In this document: positions 1-9,078 of the stretch, one piece after another
How positions within the stretch are numbered: position 1 is the stretch's first letter
Layout of the letters: the number at the start of each line of letters is the position of its first letter
Source of the DNA: Candidatus Krumholzibacteriia bacterium
GTDB taxonomy: Bacteria > Krumholzibacteriota > Krumholzibacteriia > LZORAL124-64-63
Assembly (NCBI GenBank): GCA_046484865.1
Contig: JAWOID010000093.1
Coordinates: 1-25,781, forward strand
DNA length: 25,781 nt
Direction: 5' to 3'
Made by a program: the position numbers and the translations under genes
Notes under the pieces: generated by a model
Database searches by the model: none
What the model was told of the DNA's origin: nothing
Seen by the model: only the letters and a program-made list of their open reading frames with translations

Positions 1-170
1 CGGCAGTGGAGGCAGAGGAAGCGCTGGATGCGGTGGGGCGCGGTGTCGCGTCTGAAGAAGCCGATCTTCTTGAAACGCCAGCCGGTTGTGCCCTCGTGAT
101 GGTAGGGGCAGTTCTCGTTGGGGCAGAAGGGGGGCCGCCAGTCGGGGCGGTGCGATTCGATATGGTCCAT
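1..170 (-). CDS. 5' part of a gene with an IS1/InsA-like zinc-ribbon N-terminus (probable transposase); runs off the left edge
   Basis: Not in the ORF track because it is open-ended. Manual translation from ATG at 170 gives MDHIESHRPDWRPPFCPNENCPYHHEGTTGWRFKKIGFFRRDTAPHRIQRFLCLHC(R). The CPxxxC...G...QRFxCxxC pattern is the InsA-type zinc ribbon of IS1-like transposases. The catalytic domain is outside the window. Confidence 0.65.
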   Translation of the reverse strand, partial: MDHIESHRPDWRPPFCPNENCPYHHEGTTGWRFKKIGFFRRDTAPHRIQRFLCLHC

Positions 171-327
171 GCCTGGGCTTCAGGCAAGCCCGGGGCCCGA
201 CACAGTTTCGCTGGCACAACCGACGAGTTGGGGTGGCACCCGAGGGACGCCCTGCAGCGGCATCGCTAACCTGATCCTGAACACCGGAGGTGTCCTCCCC
301 CATCCCGGCAGCACCGGAGAGTCAGCC

Positions 328-1896
328 ATGCAGCGACACGGGAAGGACCAGCAGGCCATCGTCATCGGCAGCGGCTTCGGCGGAACCATGGCTGCCTGGG
401 AGTTGATGCACGCCGGCGTGGACACGCTCATGCTCGAACGCGGACCGTGGGTCCCGCGCGGGCCCCACAACTGGGACGAGTCGGGCTCGCTCCAGCTCAC
501 GAGCCATTACTGCCGGGAAACTCCCTACGTCGTCGACAATGGCCGCCGCAGCCGCCAGATCGGCGCCTGCCGGTGCGTGGGTGGACCATCGGTGTACTAC
601 GGCGCGGTGTCGCTGCGCTTTCGCCCGCAGGACTTCACGGCCGATCCTCACGTGGTGGGCGACTCCGGGGCCGAGTGGCCCTTCGCGTACGACGACATCG
701 AGCCGGGTTATGCCCGCGCCGAGTGGATCCTGGACGTGGCGGGCGACCCGGACGCCGACCCGACCGAGCCGCCGCGCAGCGCGCCCTACCCGCAGAAGCT
801 GGCCAGTCCGTCGCCGAACGCCGAGCGCATCGCCGCCGCCGGTCGCCGCACCGGGCTCACTCCTTACCGGCTGCCCCTGGCCATCAATCACGGCGGACCG
901 CCGCATGCATGCGTGGCCTGCAGCACCTGCGACACCTTCGCCTGCGCCGTGGAGGCCAAGAACGATCTGGCCACGCAGGTGATCCCGTCGCTCATGCGCC
1001 GTGGGCTGGATGTGCGGGCGGAGACGGTCGCCGTGAAGCTCCACGTCAAAGGCGGGCGTGTGGAGGCGGTGGAGGTGCGCGATCGCCGTACGGGCGAGAC
1101 GAGCCTCCTGCACGCCGACGTGGTGGTGCTGTCGGGCGGAGCACTGGCGTCGCCGCACCTGCTGCTGGCGTCCGGCCTGGAACGCTACAGCCCCTGCCCC
1201 GACCTGATCGGCCGCTACCTGACGCGGCACTGCTCGGCCATCGTGCACGGCGTCTTCCCGCGCCTGCAGAGCGAGGGCGCGCCGTTCAACAAGGCCTACG
1301 GCTTCTCCGACCTCGACTTCGGCGTCGGCGACGATCCGGCCCTGCAGGGGAAGATCGGCTCCATCCAGCAGGCCAGCACCCCCCCGCGCGGTCTGATCAA
1401 GGCCATGCTGCCCCGTCCGATCGGAAAAGCGGTGGCTAGCGTGTCGCATCGTCTCTCGGGACTCTTGGTGATGGCGGAAGACCAGCCGCGCGCGCATAAT
1501 CGGGTGGTGGTGGACCATGCGGTCACCGACGCGGTCGGTTTGCCGCGCCTGCGGATCGAGCACCGGCACACCGCGCGTGACCTGAAGGCGCGGCGCGCCC
1601 TCGTCGGCGCCGCCAAGAGGGTGCTGCGCCGGGCAGGCGCGGTTGCGTGCTACGTGCACGAGATCGAGACGTTCTCGCATGCCATGGGCACGGTGCGCAT
1701 GGGCCGGGATCCGCAGTGCGCCCCGCTCGATCCGGACGGGCGCTTCCGCGGGATCGACAACCTGTTCGTGGTGGACGGCAGCTTCGCGCCGACCCCGTCG
1801 GGCGTGAACCCCAGCCTGACCATCGCGGCCAACGCCCTGCGCGTGGGTGCGCGCATCGCCGCCCAGGCCCGGGGGGAGAGGACCCTGCAGACCTGA
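328..1896 (+). CDS. GMC-family FAD oxidoreductase, 522 aa
   Basis: Start moved to ATG 328, which has GGAGA at 316-320. Motifs: FAD-binding VIGSGFGG, MLERG, VGGPSVYYGA, Cys cluster CVACSTCDTFAC, C-terminal HAMGTVRMG and NLFVVDGS...GVNPSLTIAANA. Confidence 0.92.
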   Translation: MQRHGKDQQAIVIGSGFGGTMAAWELMHAGVDTLMLERGPWVPRGPHNWDESGSLQLTSHYCRETPYVVDNGRRSRQIGACRCVGGPSVYYGAVSLRFRPQDFTADPHVVGDSGAEWPFAYDDIEPGYARAEWILDVAGDPDADPTEPPRSAPYPQKLASPSPNAERIAAAGRRTGLTPYRLPLAINHGGPPHACVACSTCDTFACAVEAKNDLATQVIPSLMRRGLDVRAETVAVKLHVKGGRVEAVEVRDRRTGETSLLHADVVVLSGGALASPHLLLASGLERYSPCPDLIGRYLTRHCSAIVHGVFPRLQSEGAPFNKAYGFSDLDFGVGDDPALQGKIGSIQQASTPPRGLIKAMLPRPIGKAVASVSHRLSGLLVMAEDQPRAHNRVVVDHAVTDAVGLPRLRIEHRHTARDLKARRALVGAAKRVLRRAGAVACYVHEIETFSHAMGTVRMGRDPQCAPLDPDGRFRGIDNLFVVDGSFAPTPSGVNPSLTIAANALRVGARIAAQARGERTLQT

Positions 1897-1897
1897 G

Positions 1898-2884
1898 ATG
1901 GCCCGCCAGCCGCTGGGCATCGCCATCCTCGGTACAGGACAGGCCGCCCGCCTGCACAGCGTGACGCTGCGCAGGCTCGGGGGCGTGCGCCTGCTGCACG
2001 GCAGCCGCGAGCGGGACCGTGCCCGGCGCTTCGCGGCGGCCCAGGGTGGCGGTCAGGCGTTCGGATCCTACGCGGAGGCCATCGCCGCCGCCGACACCGA
2101 CGTCGTGCTGGTCACCACGCCGCCTCCCAGCCATCGCGACCTGGCCTGCGCCGCGCTGCGACAGGGCCGTGACGTGATCCTGGAGAAGCCGGCCCTCCTG
2201 CGGGCCGACCACTTCGCCGAACTGCGCCGGGAGGCGGCGGCTGCCGGCCGGCGGGTGCTGGTGGCGGAGAATTACCACTACAAGCCGCTGGTCTCCTGCC
2301 TGCGCCGCCTGCTGGCCGAAGATGCGGTGGGCGACCCGATCGTGGTGCGGGTCAATGCGCTGAAGAGCCAGGCCGGCGGCGGCTGGCGCGACGATCCGGC
2401 CCAGGCCGGCGGCGGCGCCCTGTTCGAGGGCGGCATCCACTGGGTGTGCTTCATGACGAGCCTCGGGCTGGAGCCGGTGGACGCGACCGGCTTCTGCCGC
2501 TATGACGAGCGCGGCCTCGACCGCACGGTGGCGGCGGTCTTCCGGTACGAGGGTGGCGCCGTCGGGTCGCTGGCTTATTCGTGGGAGGTGCCCTCGTTGC
2601 TGCGCGGGGTGAGGCTGTCGAGCATCCACGGCACCCGGGGGCGGATCGATTTCGAGTCGAACGGACTGTTCGTGGCCTGCAGCGGCCGCCGGCGCCGCCT
2701 CCAGTTCCCCGACCTGCGCGATTTGGCCGGCTACCGGGCGATGTTCCGCGACTTCGTGCGCGTCCTGCGCGAGGGCGGCGAACCGGCTTACACCCTGGCT
2801 GCCGCCGAACGCGACCTGCGTCTGGTGGAGAGGATCCATGCACGGTCAGGACCGAGATCTCCCCGGTCAGCCGGCGCAGTCTGA
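1898..2884 (+). CDS. Gfo/Idh/MocA family NAD(P)-dependent oxidoreductase, 328 aa
   Basis: ATG 1 nt after the GMC stop. Rossmann-like IAILGTG, then TTPPPSH, EKP, and GGGALFEGGIH motifs. Confidence 0.9.
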   Translation: MARQPLGIAILGTGQAARLHSVTLRRLGGVRLLHGSRERDRARRFAAAQGGGQAFGSYAEAIAAADTDVVLVTTPPPSHRDLACAALRQGRDVILEKPALLRADHFAELRREAAAAGRRVLVAENYHYKPLVSCLRRLLAEDAVGDPIVVRVNALKSQAGGGWRDDPAQAGGGALFEGGIHWVCFMTSLGLEPVDATGFCRYDERGLDRTVAAVFRYEGGAVGSLAYSWEVPSLLRGVRLSSIHGTRGRIDFESNGLFVACSGRRRRLQFPDLRDLAGYRAMFRDFVRVLREGGEPAYTLAAAERDLRLVERIHARSGPRSPRSAGAV

Positions 2885-4115
2885 GGCCGCCGACAGCCAG
2901 CAGACCCACGTCCCGCCGCCGTCCGACTCGGCCGACGGTCGGGACGGCCGGCCGCCGCCGTCCGGTTTGGCCGGCGGTCGGGACGGTCGGGCGCCGCCGT
3001 CGGGCTCGGCCGGCGGCCGGGACGGTCGAGACGGCCAGGGCGACCTGGTGCCGCCGCTCGACTCCGACGACCGCCAGGTGCGGAGGGAGCAACGCTTCCT
3101 GAACCGCCGCACGGTGGTGCGCGGACTCGTCTACTCGATGATCCTGGCGCTGGTCGGGCTCACCATCCTCTTCTTGATCACCCGCACGCCGCAGACCTTC
3201 GAGGCGCTCGGCGAGATCGACCTGCGCTATCTCGGGCTGGCGCTGGCGCTTGTGCCCGCGGACCTCTTCCTCGGCGGTCTGCGCACCTGGGTGCTGCTGC
3301 GCCGGATCCAGCGCGGGACGGGACTCTGGCTGGCCATCAAGGGCTACGTGGCGAATACCTTCCTGGGGGCGGTCACGCCCTCGCAACTCGGCGGTGGCAT
3401 CGCTCAGCTCTACATCTACCGGCAGGGAGGGGTGCCCTTGCCCCGGGGGGTGGCGGTGACGGTGATGACGTTCCTCTCCACGCTCACCTTCTTCCTGTTC
3501 GCCGGGACGGCCGCCCTGGTGGCCATCCGCGATCTGCTCTCGGGCGACATGGGGCGCAGGCTCATCCTGTACGGTGCTTTCGCGGTGGTCGCGGTGCTGG
3601 CCTTCTTCGTCTTCTCCATCTGGAAGCCGGTGGCCGCCGGACGCACGCTGCGCAAACTCGGCAAGGTGCTGGAGAAGGTGCACCGCGGCACGGGGCGCCG
3701 GCTACGCGACTTCAGCGATCGCGCCATCCACGAGCTGGAGAAGTACCACGAGAACATGATCTGGCTGTTCCGCCGTCAGCCCTGGTCGGTGGCGCTGAAC
3801 TTCCTGATCACCGCCGCGCTGTACATGGTCAAGTTCACGATCGGCTACGTGATCGTCCTGGGCCTGGGGGTGGAGGCGGCCTACTGGCAGGTGGTCGCCA
3901 TCCAGGCGGTGTTGCTGGCCATCCTCTACTTCGCCCCCACCCCCGGCGGCAGCGGCCTGGCAGAGCTGGGCACCGGCGCGTTCATGTCGCTGGTGCTCCC
4001 GGGCTACCTGCTGCCCATCTTCACCCTGCTGTCGCGGTTCTTCCTGGTCTACACCCAGGCCAGCCTGGGGGCGGTGATCATGCTGAGGAGATTGGCGCGC
4101 GATTCGCGGAGATAG
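2838..4115 (+). CDS. Lysylphosphatidylglycerol-synthase TM-region (UPF0104, flippase-like) integral membrane protein, 425 aa
   Basis: GGAGAGG upstream of ATG 2838; overlaps the previous gene by 47 nt. Multiple hydrophobic segments and family motifs VTPSQLGG and PTPGGSGLAE. The N-terminal ~80 aa are low-complexity, so a later start is possible. Confidence 0.85.
   Translation: MHGQDRDLPGQPAQSEAADSQQTHVPPPSDSADGRDGRPPPSGLAGGRDGRAPPSGSAGGRDGRDGQGDLVPPLDSDDRQVRREQRFLNRRTVVRGLVYSMILALVGLTILFLITRTPQTFEALGEIDLRYLGLALALVPADLFLGGLRTWVLLRRIQRGTGLWLAIKGYVANTFLGAVTPSQLGGGIAQLYIYRQGGVPLPRGVAVTVMTFLSTLTFFLFAGTAALVAIRDLLSGDMGRRLILYGAFAVVAVLAFFVFSIWKPVAAGRTLRKLGKVLEKVHRGTGRRLRDFSDRAIHELEKYHENMIWLFRRQPWSVALNFLITAALYMVKFTIGYVIVLGLGVEAAYWQVVAIQAVLLAILYFAPTPGGSGLAELGTGAFMSLVLPGYLLPIFTLLSRFFLVYTQASLGAVIMLRRLARDSRR
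2913..3029 (+). repeat. 3 x 39-bp imperfect in-frame tandem repeat (PPPSDSADGRDGR / PPPSGLAGGRDGR / APPSGSAGGRDGR)
   Basis: Units at 2913-2951, 2952-2990 and 2991-3029, aligned by eye. Confidence 0.9.
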
Positions 4116-4126
4116 CCCGCCGCTCG

Positions 4127-4155
4127 TTGCCGCCGCCGCTCTGTCGCGGTACAAC
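4127..4155 (+). promoter_or_regulatory. Weak sigma70-like promoter candidate for the serpin gene
   Basis: TTGCCG (4127-4132), 17-nt spacer, TACAAC (4150-4155). The -10 lacks the conserved final T. Confidence 0.25.
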
Positions 4156-4275
4156 TGTGGTGCGGAGGGCCGCTCGAGCATCGGTCGACCCGGGGAACAC
4201 GCCGATCCGCCCGGGCGCCTTCGATCTGCGGCGGGACGCACCCGCCCTCGCACCCCGTTTCCGGGAGGGACGCCC

Positions 4276-5655
4276 ATGAATCGCCGCCGCCTGACCGCCC
4301 TGGCTCTGCTGCCCATGCTGCTGGTCGCTGCCGCCTGCAACGGCGGGGGAGGAGGAGGGACCGGCGATGCACCGGCGGACTCCGACCAGGACGATCCGGC
4401 CATGGGCGGACGGGCGGGCGGGGGCGCCGGATCGCCCGCCGGCGGGGGCGCCGGATCGCCCGCCGGCGCCGGCACCGGATCGCCCGCCGATGCGGGCGCC
4501 CCTTCTCCGGCCGAGCTGGCCGCGGCCAGCAACGCCTTTGCCTGGGACCTCTACGGCCGGCTCGCCGAGGGCGACGGCAACCTCTTCTTCTCGCCCTTCA
4601 GCGTCGAGGTGGCTCTGGCCATGACCCTGGCCGGCGCCCGGGGCGAGACGGCGGCCGAGATGCGTCAGGTGCTGCACCTTCCCGCCCTGCAGGGAGCAGC
4701 CCTGCACGAGGCCGTCGCGCAGTGGCAGCAGACCGTCGTGCCCGACGAGGGCGACACCCTCCACACGCTCACCATGGCCAATCGTCTGTGGGGCCAGCAG
4801 GGCGCCGAGTTCGCACCGGAATTCCTGGCCACCACCCGCGAGCACTACGACGCCGAGCTGGGCCAGGTGGACTTCCGCGGCGCTCCCGCGGAGGCGCGCC
4901 GGAGCATCAACGACTGGATCGCGGAGCAGACTCGCGGCCACATCGAGGACCTCATTCCCGCCGGCGTGCTCGACGAACGGACGCGACTGGTGCTGACCAA
5001 CGCCATCTACTTCCTGGGCACCTGGCAGCGGACGTTCAACGCCGCTGCCACCCGTGACGAGCCGTTCTTCGCCGCCGGCGGCGACGAGGTGACGGTGCCG
5101 TTGATGACGCAGGAGGAGCGCTTCCGCTACGCCGAGGCGGAGGGCGCCCAGGTTCTCGAACTGCCTTACCGCTCCGGCCGGGGCGCCGCGCTCGGCATGG
5201 TCGTGATCTTGCCCCGCGACCGCGACGGACTCGGCCGCCTGTCGGCCGACCTCACCGCCGACACGCTGCGCACCTGGCTGGATCGACTGGAGCCGCGCCG
5301 GGTCCGCGTGCACCTGCCGCGATTCGACCTCTCCGCGACCATGCGTCTGACGAACGTCCTGCGCGAGATGGGCATGTCGCGGCCCTTCTCCCACGACGCC
5401 GACTTCAGCGCCATGACGGCCGGCGACGGCGAACCGCTGGCGATCACCGACGTCCTGCACAAGGGCTGGGTGAAGGTCGACGAGAAGGGCACCGAGGCCG
5501 CCGCCGCGACCGGCGTGGTGGTCGGCGTCACATCGGTGCCCCCGCGCGAGGAGCCGGTGGTGTTCCGGGCCGACCATCCGTTCATCTTCCTGATCCGCGA
5601 CGGTCAGACCGGCACGATCCTCTTCCTGGGCCGCCTGATCGACCCGGACGTGTGA
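4276..5655 (+). CDS. Serpin (serine protease inhibitor), predicted lipoprotein, 459 aa
   Basis: GGGAGG RBS; signal peptide ending LLVAAA-C (lipobox-like). Serpin motifs NLFFSPFS, INDWIAEQTRGHI, LVLTNAIYFLGTW, hinge EKGTEAAAAT and FRADHPFIFLIRD. Confidence 0.95.
   Translation: MNRRRLTALALLPMLLVAAACNGGGGGGTGDAPADSDQDDPAMGGRAGGGAGSPAGGGAGSPAGAGTGSPADAGAPSPAELAAASNAFAWDLYGRLAEGDGNLFFSPFSVEVALAMTLAGARGETAAEMRQVLHLPALQGAALHEAVAQWQQTVVPDEGDTLHTLTMANRLWGQQGAEFAPEFLATTREHYDAELGQVDFRGAPAEARRSINDWIAEQTRGHIEDLIPAGVLDERTRLVLTNAIYFLGTWQRTFNAAATRDEPFFAAGGDEVTVPLMTQEERFRYAEAEGAQVLELPYRSGRGAALGMVVILPRDRDGLGRLSADLTADTLRTWLDRLEPRRVRVHLPRFDLSATMRLTNVLREMGMSRPFSHDADFSAMTAGDGEPLAITDVLHKGWVKVDEKGTEAAAATGVVVGVTSVPPREEPVVFRADHPFIFLIRDGQTGTILFLGRLIDPDV
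4414..4509 (+). repeat. 4 x 24-bp in-frame tandem repeat (AGGGAGSP-like) in the serpin N-terminal tether
   Basis: Units at 4414, 4438, 4462 and 4486 encode AGGGAGSP, AGGGAGSP, AGAGTGSP and ADAGAPSP. Confidence 0.9.
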
Positions 5656-5665
5656 ACAATCCGGG

Positions 5666-7150
5666 TTAGCCGCTCGCCGTCTCGGTGAGTGCCGCGAGTG
5701 CGCTGCGGACGCCTTCCGCGTAGCGCGGGTCGACCTGCTCGAGCAGGCCGAGCTGGCGGTCGATGATGAACTCCGGCACGCCGACCATCGCCCGGGCCAT
5801 GTTGCCGTGGAGACGCTCGCGCTCGTCGTCCGGCATGAGGCCGTAGAGGGCGCGCGGCTGGGTGAAGACATCCGTGTTCTCGTCGTCGTACTCGTAGCGG
5901 TCGGCCGGGCCGTCGATGGGGAGCGGCGGCTCCTTCCAGGACGGATCCGCCTCGGGACCGCCGAAGCTGTTCGGGTGGTAGTTCACCGATCCGCCGCCGT
6001 TGTCGTCGAAGCGCATCTGGCCGTCGCGATGATAGTGGTGAGCGGAGGTGGCACGCGGCCGGTTGATCGGCAGCGCCTCGTAGTTCACGCCGAGGCGATA
6101 CCGATGGGCATCGGCGTACGAGACCACCCGCATCTGCAGCATCTTGTCGGGGCTGAAGCTGATGCCGGGCGGAACGTTGCCCGGGCTGAACGCCGCCTGC
6201 TCCACCTCGGCGAAGTAGTTCTCGGGGTTCCGGTTCAGCTCGAGCACGCCGACCTCGATCAGCGGGTAGTCGCCGTGCGGCCAGACCTTCGTGAGATCGA
6301 ACGGGTTGTACGGGACCTCGTACGCGTCCTGCTCCGGCATGATCTGGACCATCATGCGCCACCGCGGGAAGTCGCCGCGCTCGATCGACTCGAAGAGGTC
6401 GCGCTGATGGCTCTCGCGATCGGTGGCGACGATCCCGGCCGCCTCCTCGTCGGTGAGGGACTCGATGCCCTGCATCGTCTTGAAGTGGAACTTCACCCAC
6501 ACGCGCTCGCCGGCGGCGTCGAGCAGGCTGTAGGTGTGGCTGCCGTAGCCGTTCATGTGCCGGTAGCTTCTCGGCAGGCCCCGGTCGGAGAAGAGAATGG
6601 TCACCTGGTGCAGGCTCTCCGGCATCAGCGACCAAAAGTCCCACATGGCGGTGGCGCTGCGCAGGTTCGTACGCGGGTCGCGCTTCTGGGTGTGGATGAA
6701 GTCCATGAACTTGTACGGATCGCGCACGAAGAAGACCGGCGTGTTGTTCCCCACGAGATCCCAGTTGCCTTCCTCGGTGTAGAACTTGAGCGAGAAGCCG
6801 CGCACGTCGCGCTCGGCGTCCGCCGCGCCCCGCTCGCCGGCCACCGTCGAGAATCGCACGAAGCACGCGGTTTGCTTCCCCACCTCGGCGAAGATCTTCG
6901 CCCTGGTATACTTCGTGATGTCGTTGGTGATGGTCAGCGTGCCGTGAGCGCCCGACCCCTTGGCGTGCACGACCCGCTCGGGAATGCGCTCGCGGTTGAA
7001 GTGGGCATGGCGCTCGAACAGCTGCCAGTCCTGCGCCAGCAGCGGGCCACGCGGACCTGCCGAGATCGAGTTCATCACATCGCCCACCGGTACGCCACCG
7101 GCGGTGGTCAAGGTCGGACGCTTCTTGCTATTCTGATCCCTGTCGGCCAT
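5666..7150 (-). CDS. katA: Monofunctional small-subunit heme catalase, 494 aa
   Basis: Start at ATG 7150 after GGAGGGG. Active-site [36 protein letters not shown] and proximal Tyr motif [14 protein letters not shown]. Confidence 0.96.
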   Translation of the reverse strand: MADRDQNSKKRPTLTTAGGVPVGDVMNSISAGPRGPLLAQDWQLFERHAHFNRERIPERVVHAKGSGAHGTLTITNDITKYTRAKIFAEVGKQTACFVRFSTVAGERGAADAERDVRGFSLKFYTEEGNWDLVGNNTPVFFVRDPYKFMDFIHTQKRDPRTNLRSATAMWDFWSLMPESLHQVTILFSDRGLPRSYRHMNGYGSHTYSLLDAAGERVWVKFHFKTMQGIESLTDEEAAGIVATDRESHQRDLFESIERGDFPRWRMMVQIMPEQDAYEVPYNPFDLTKVWPHGDYPLIEVGVLELNRNPENYFAEVEQAAFSPGNVPPGISFSPDKMLQMRVVSYADAHRYRLGVNYEALPINRPRATSAHHYHRDGQMRFDDNGGGSVNYHPNSFGGPEADPSWKEPPLPIDGPADRYEYDDENTDVFTQPRALYGLMPDDERERLHGNMARAMVGVPEFIIDRQLGLLEQVDPRYAEGVRSALAALTETASG

Positions 7151-7271
7151 GTCGGATCCCCTCCGTTCCTTTCGATCGTCCTCTGATACCCGGGTTGGTG
7201 CGCCCAGTGTAGGTCGGACCATCGAGTCCGGCAACGCGGCCATGGCCGGGTTCTTGCTCCGATATTTGCGG

Positions 7272-7301
7272 TTGACGCCCCGTGATGACCGGATCTAGCA
7301 T
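7272..7301 (+). promoter_or_regulatory. Sigma70-like promoter candidate for the barrel/giant-protein/FnIII operon
   Basis: TTGACG (7272-7277), 18-nt spacer, TAGCAT (7296-7301), lying 40 nt upstream of ATG 7342. Confidence 0.45.
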
Positions 7302-7341
7302 GCCGCGTCATTTCGCCGTGTCGCTCAATGCGGAGGCATGT

Positions 7342-9078
7342 ATGATCCCGCCTTCGGATCTCTCGCCGCCCCGGCGAGGCCGCCTGTGGCTCGCCGTGGC
7401 GGCGGGCATGAGTCTCGCGCTCGTCTGGACACTGAACGCCACCGCGAACGAGGAGGGCGGTCCAGCGCCCGACGCCGCCGACCCGCCCGACATCTCCATT
7501 TCCGGCACGCTCTCGGCCTCGCTCAGCTTCTATGACGCGAGCGGCCGGCCGGATGCGCGCGAGCCGTTCTCCTGGACGCTGCGCGGGGCGCCGATCCTGC
7601 ACGTTCACGGGGTGAACGTGCCGCTCACCGTGATCCTCACCGAGCAGGACCGCGACTTCCGCCAGCCTCTGAACCGGCTCGGCGCGCATCCGCGGCTGGG
7701 CTGGGCCACCGGGCACCTGGGGTACAGCAGCCTCGCCTGGTCGCCCTACTCGCTGGCGGGACAGTCGATCCTGGGAGTGGGCGTCGAAGGCGCGCCGGGC
7801 AAGCTCCGCTTCGGCGCGATCGCCGGGCGCCTGCGGCGGGCGGTGGAGCCCGACAGCGTGGCGGGGATCGGCCGCGTGGCGCCCGTCTACCAGCGCACCG
7901 GTTTCGCCCTGCGTCTGGGCGGCGGCACGGAGGAGCGTCACGCCCAGGTCGTGGTGATGCGCGGCGGCGATGACGAGACCTCGCTGTCGATCGCACCCTC
8001 ACCGGCCACCGCCGTGCCGGAGGAGAACCTCGTGGTGAGTGCCGTCGGGCACTACGAGATCACGCCGCGACTGAGCATCGACTGCGAGCTGGCACAAAGT
8101 GCCTATACCCAGGACAAGCTTGCCGACCCGGACGGCGGTTACGACAAGGTGCTGCTCAAGGCCTTCGGTTTCCTGATGGACCGGCGCACGTCGACGCGCG
8201 AGACGCAGGCCCTGGAGGCGAAGCTCGGCTGGCGAGAAGACTGGGGCGGCGTCGGCGTCGTCTACAAGCGCATCGATCCGGGCTATCGCTCCATGGGCGC
8301 GTATTACTTCAACGGCGACCTCGAGAGCGTCACCTTCGAACCCACCCTCAAGCTGGCGGCGAACCGCCTGCGGCTGGCCGGCAGCCTCGGCTTCCAGCAC
8401 GACAACCTGGGTGACGGCAAGGAGGTGGAGACCACGCGCACCATCGGGTCGGGGCGGATCGACTGGTCGCCCAGCAGCGTCTACCTGGCCAACCTGTCCT
8501 ACTCCAACTACGGGATCGATCAGAAGGCCGGACACAGTCCGCTGGACAGCACCCGCGTCAAGATCGCCCAGTCCACCAGCAATCTCGGGATCACGCAGTC
8601 GCTCACGCTGGTCGGTGAACGTGCGGGCCACAACGCCGTGCTGGTGTGGTCGCGCCAGGACATGGAGGACCGGACCGAGAACGGATCTCTCGACGTCAGC
8701 TACCTCGCTCACCAGCTCAACGCCGTGTACACCTTCACCTGGATGCCCTGGGGGCTGAGCGTCAACGGCGGCTTCAATCGTTCCACCTACGAGGTGGCCA
8801 CGGGCGACACGGAGGTGTCGGGACCCCAGGTCGGCGCCAATCTCTCCTTCTGGCGCAACCGGGCCACCGTGGGTGCCGGCGCGTCCCTGAGCAGCACGAG
8901 CGTGGACGGCGACCCCACCCTGGATACGACCACCCTGCAGATCCAGGGCGCGGTGCGTCCGGAGCGCCGGCATCGGATCACCATGCGGCTCGCCGTCAAC
9001 CGCAACGACGCGAAGACGCCCGCAGGCACCGACCAAACCGAAACGCGAGGCGAGATCGGCTATGCATACTCGTTCTGA
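7342..9078 (+). CDS. Putative outer-membrane beta-barrel protein of unknown family, 578 aa
   Basis: GGAGG at 7332-7336 before ATG 7342; Sec-type signal peptide ending ...LNATA. Many amphipathic alternating strands and a C-terminal GEIGYAYSF that fits the BAM-type aromatic/Phe signal. Confidence 0.8.
   Translation: MIPPSDLSPPRRGRLWLAVAAGMSLALVWTLNATANEEGGPAPDAADPPDISISGTLSASLSFYDASGRPDAREPFSWTLRGAPILHVHGVNVPLTVILTEQDRDFRQPLNRLGAHPRLGWATGHLGYSSLAWSPYSLAGQSILGVGVEGAPGKLRFGAIAGRLRRAVEPDSVAGIGRVAPVYQRTGFALRLGGGTEERHAQVVVMRGGDDETSLSIAPSPATAVPEENLVVSAVGHYEITPRLSIDCELAQSAYTQDKLADPDGGYDKVLLKAFGFLMDRRTSTRETQALEAKLGWREDWGGVGVVYKRIDPGYRSMGAYYFNGDLESVTFEPTLKLAANRLRLAGSLGFQHDNLGDGKEVETTRTIGSGRIDWSPSSVYLANLSYSNYGIDQKAGHSPLDSTRVKIAQSTSNLGITQSLTLVGERAGHNAVLVWSRQDMEDRTENGSLDVSYLAHQLNAVYTFTWMPWGLSVNGGFNRSTYEVATGDTEVSGPQVGANLSFWRNRATVGAGASLSSTSVDGDPTLDTTTLQIQGAVRPERRHRITMRLAVNRNDAKTPAGTDQTETRGEIGYAYSF

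Noticed and set aside
212..245. Two TGGCAC hexamers resembling sigma54 -24 boxes
   Set aside because: Neither has a TTGC/TGC -12 element at the required spacing.
118..327. N-terminal extension of the GMC ORF from TTG 118
   Set aside because: It overlaps the minus-strand zinc-ribbon gene. The FAD motif begins just after ATG 328, which has an RBS.
322..7186. Long overlapping ORFs (322-1926-, 1523-2839-, 2451-3683-, 4078-5871-, 5807-7186+, 5604-6866-)
   Set aside because: All overlap genes with clear family motifs and give Arg/Ala/Pro/Gly-rich or motif-less translations typical of high-GC alternative frames.
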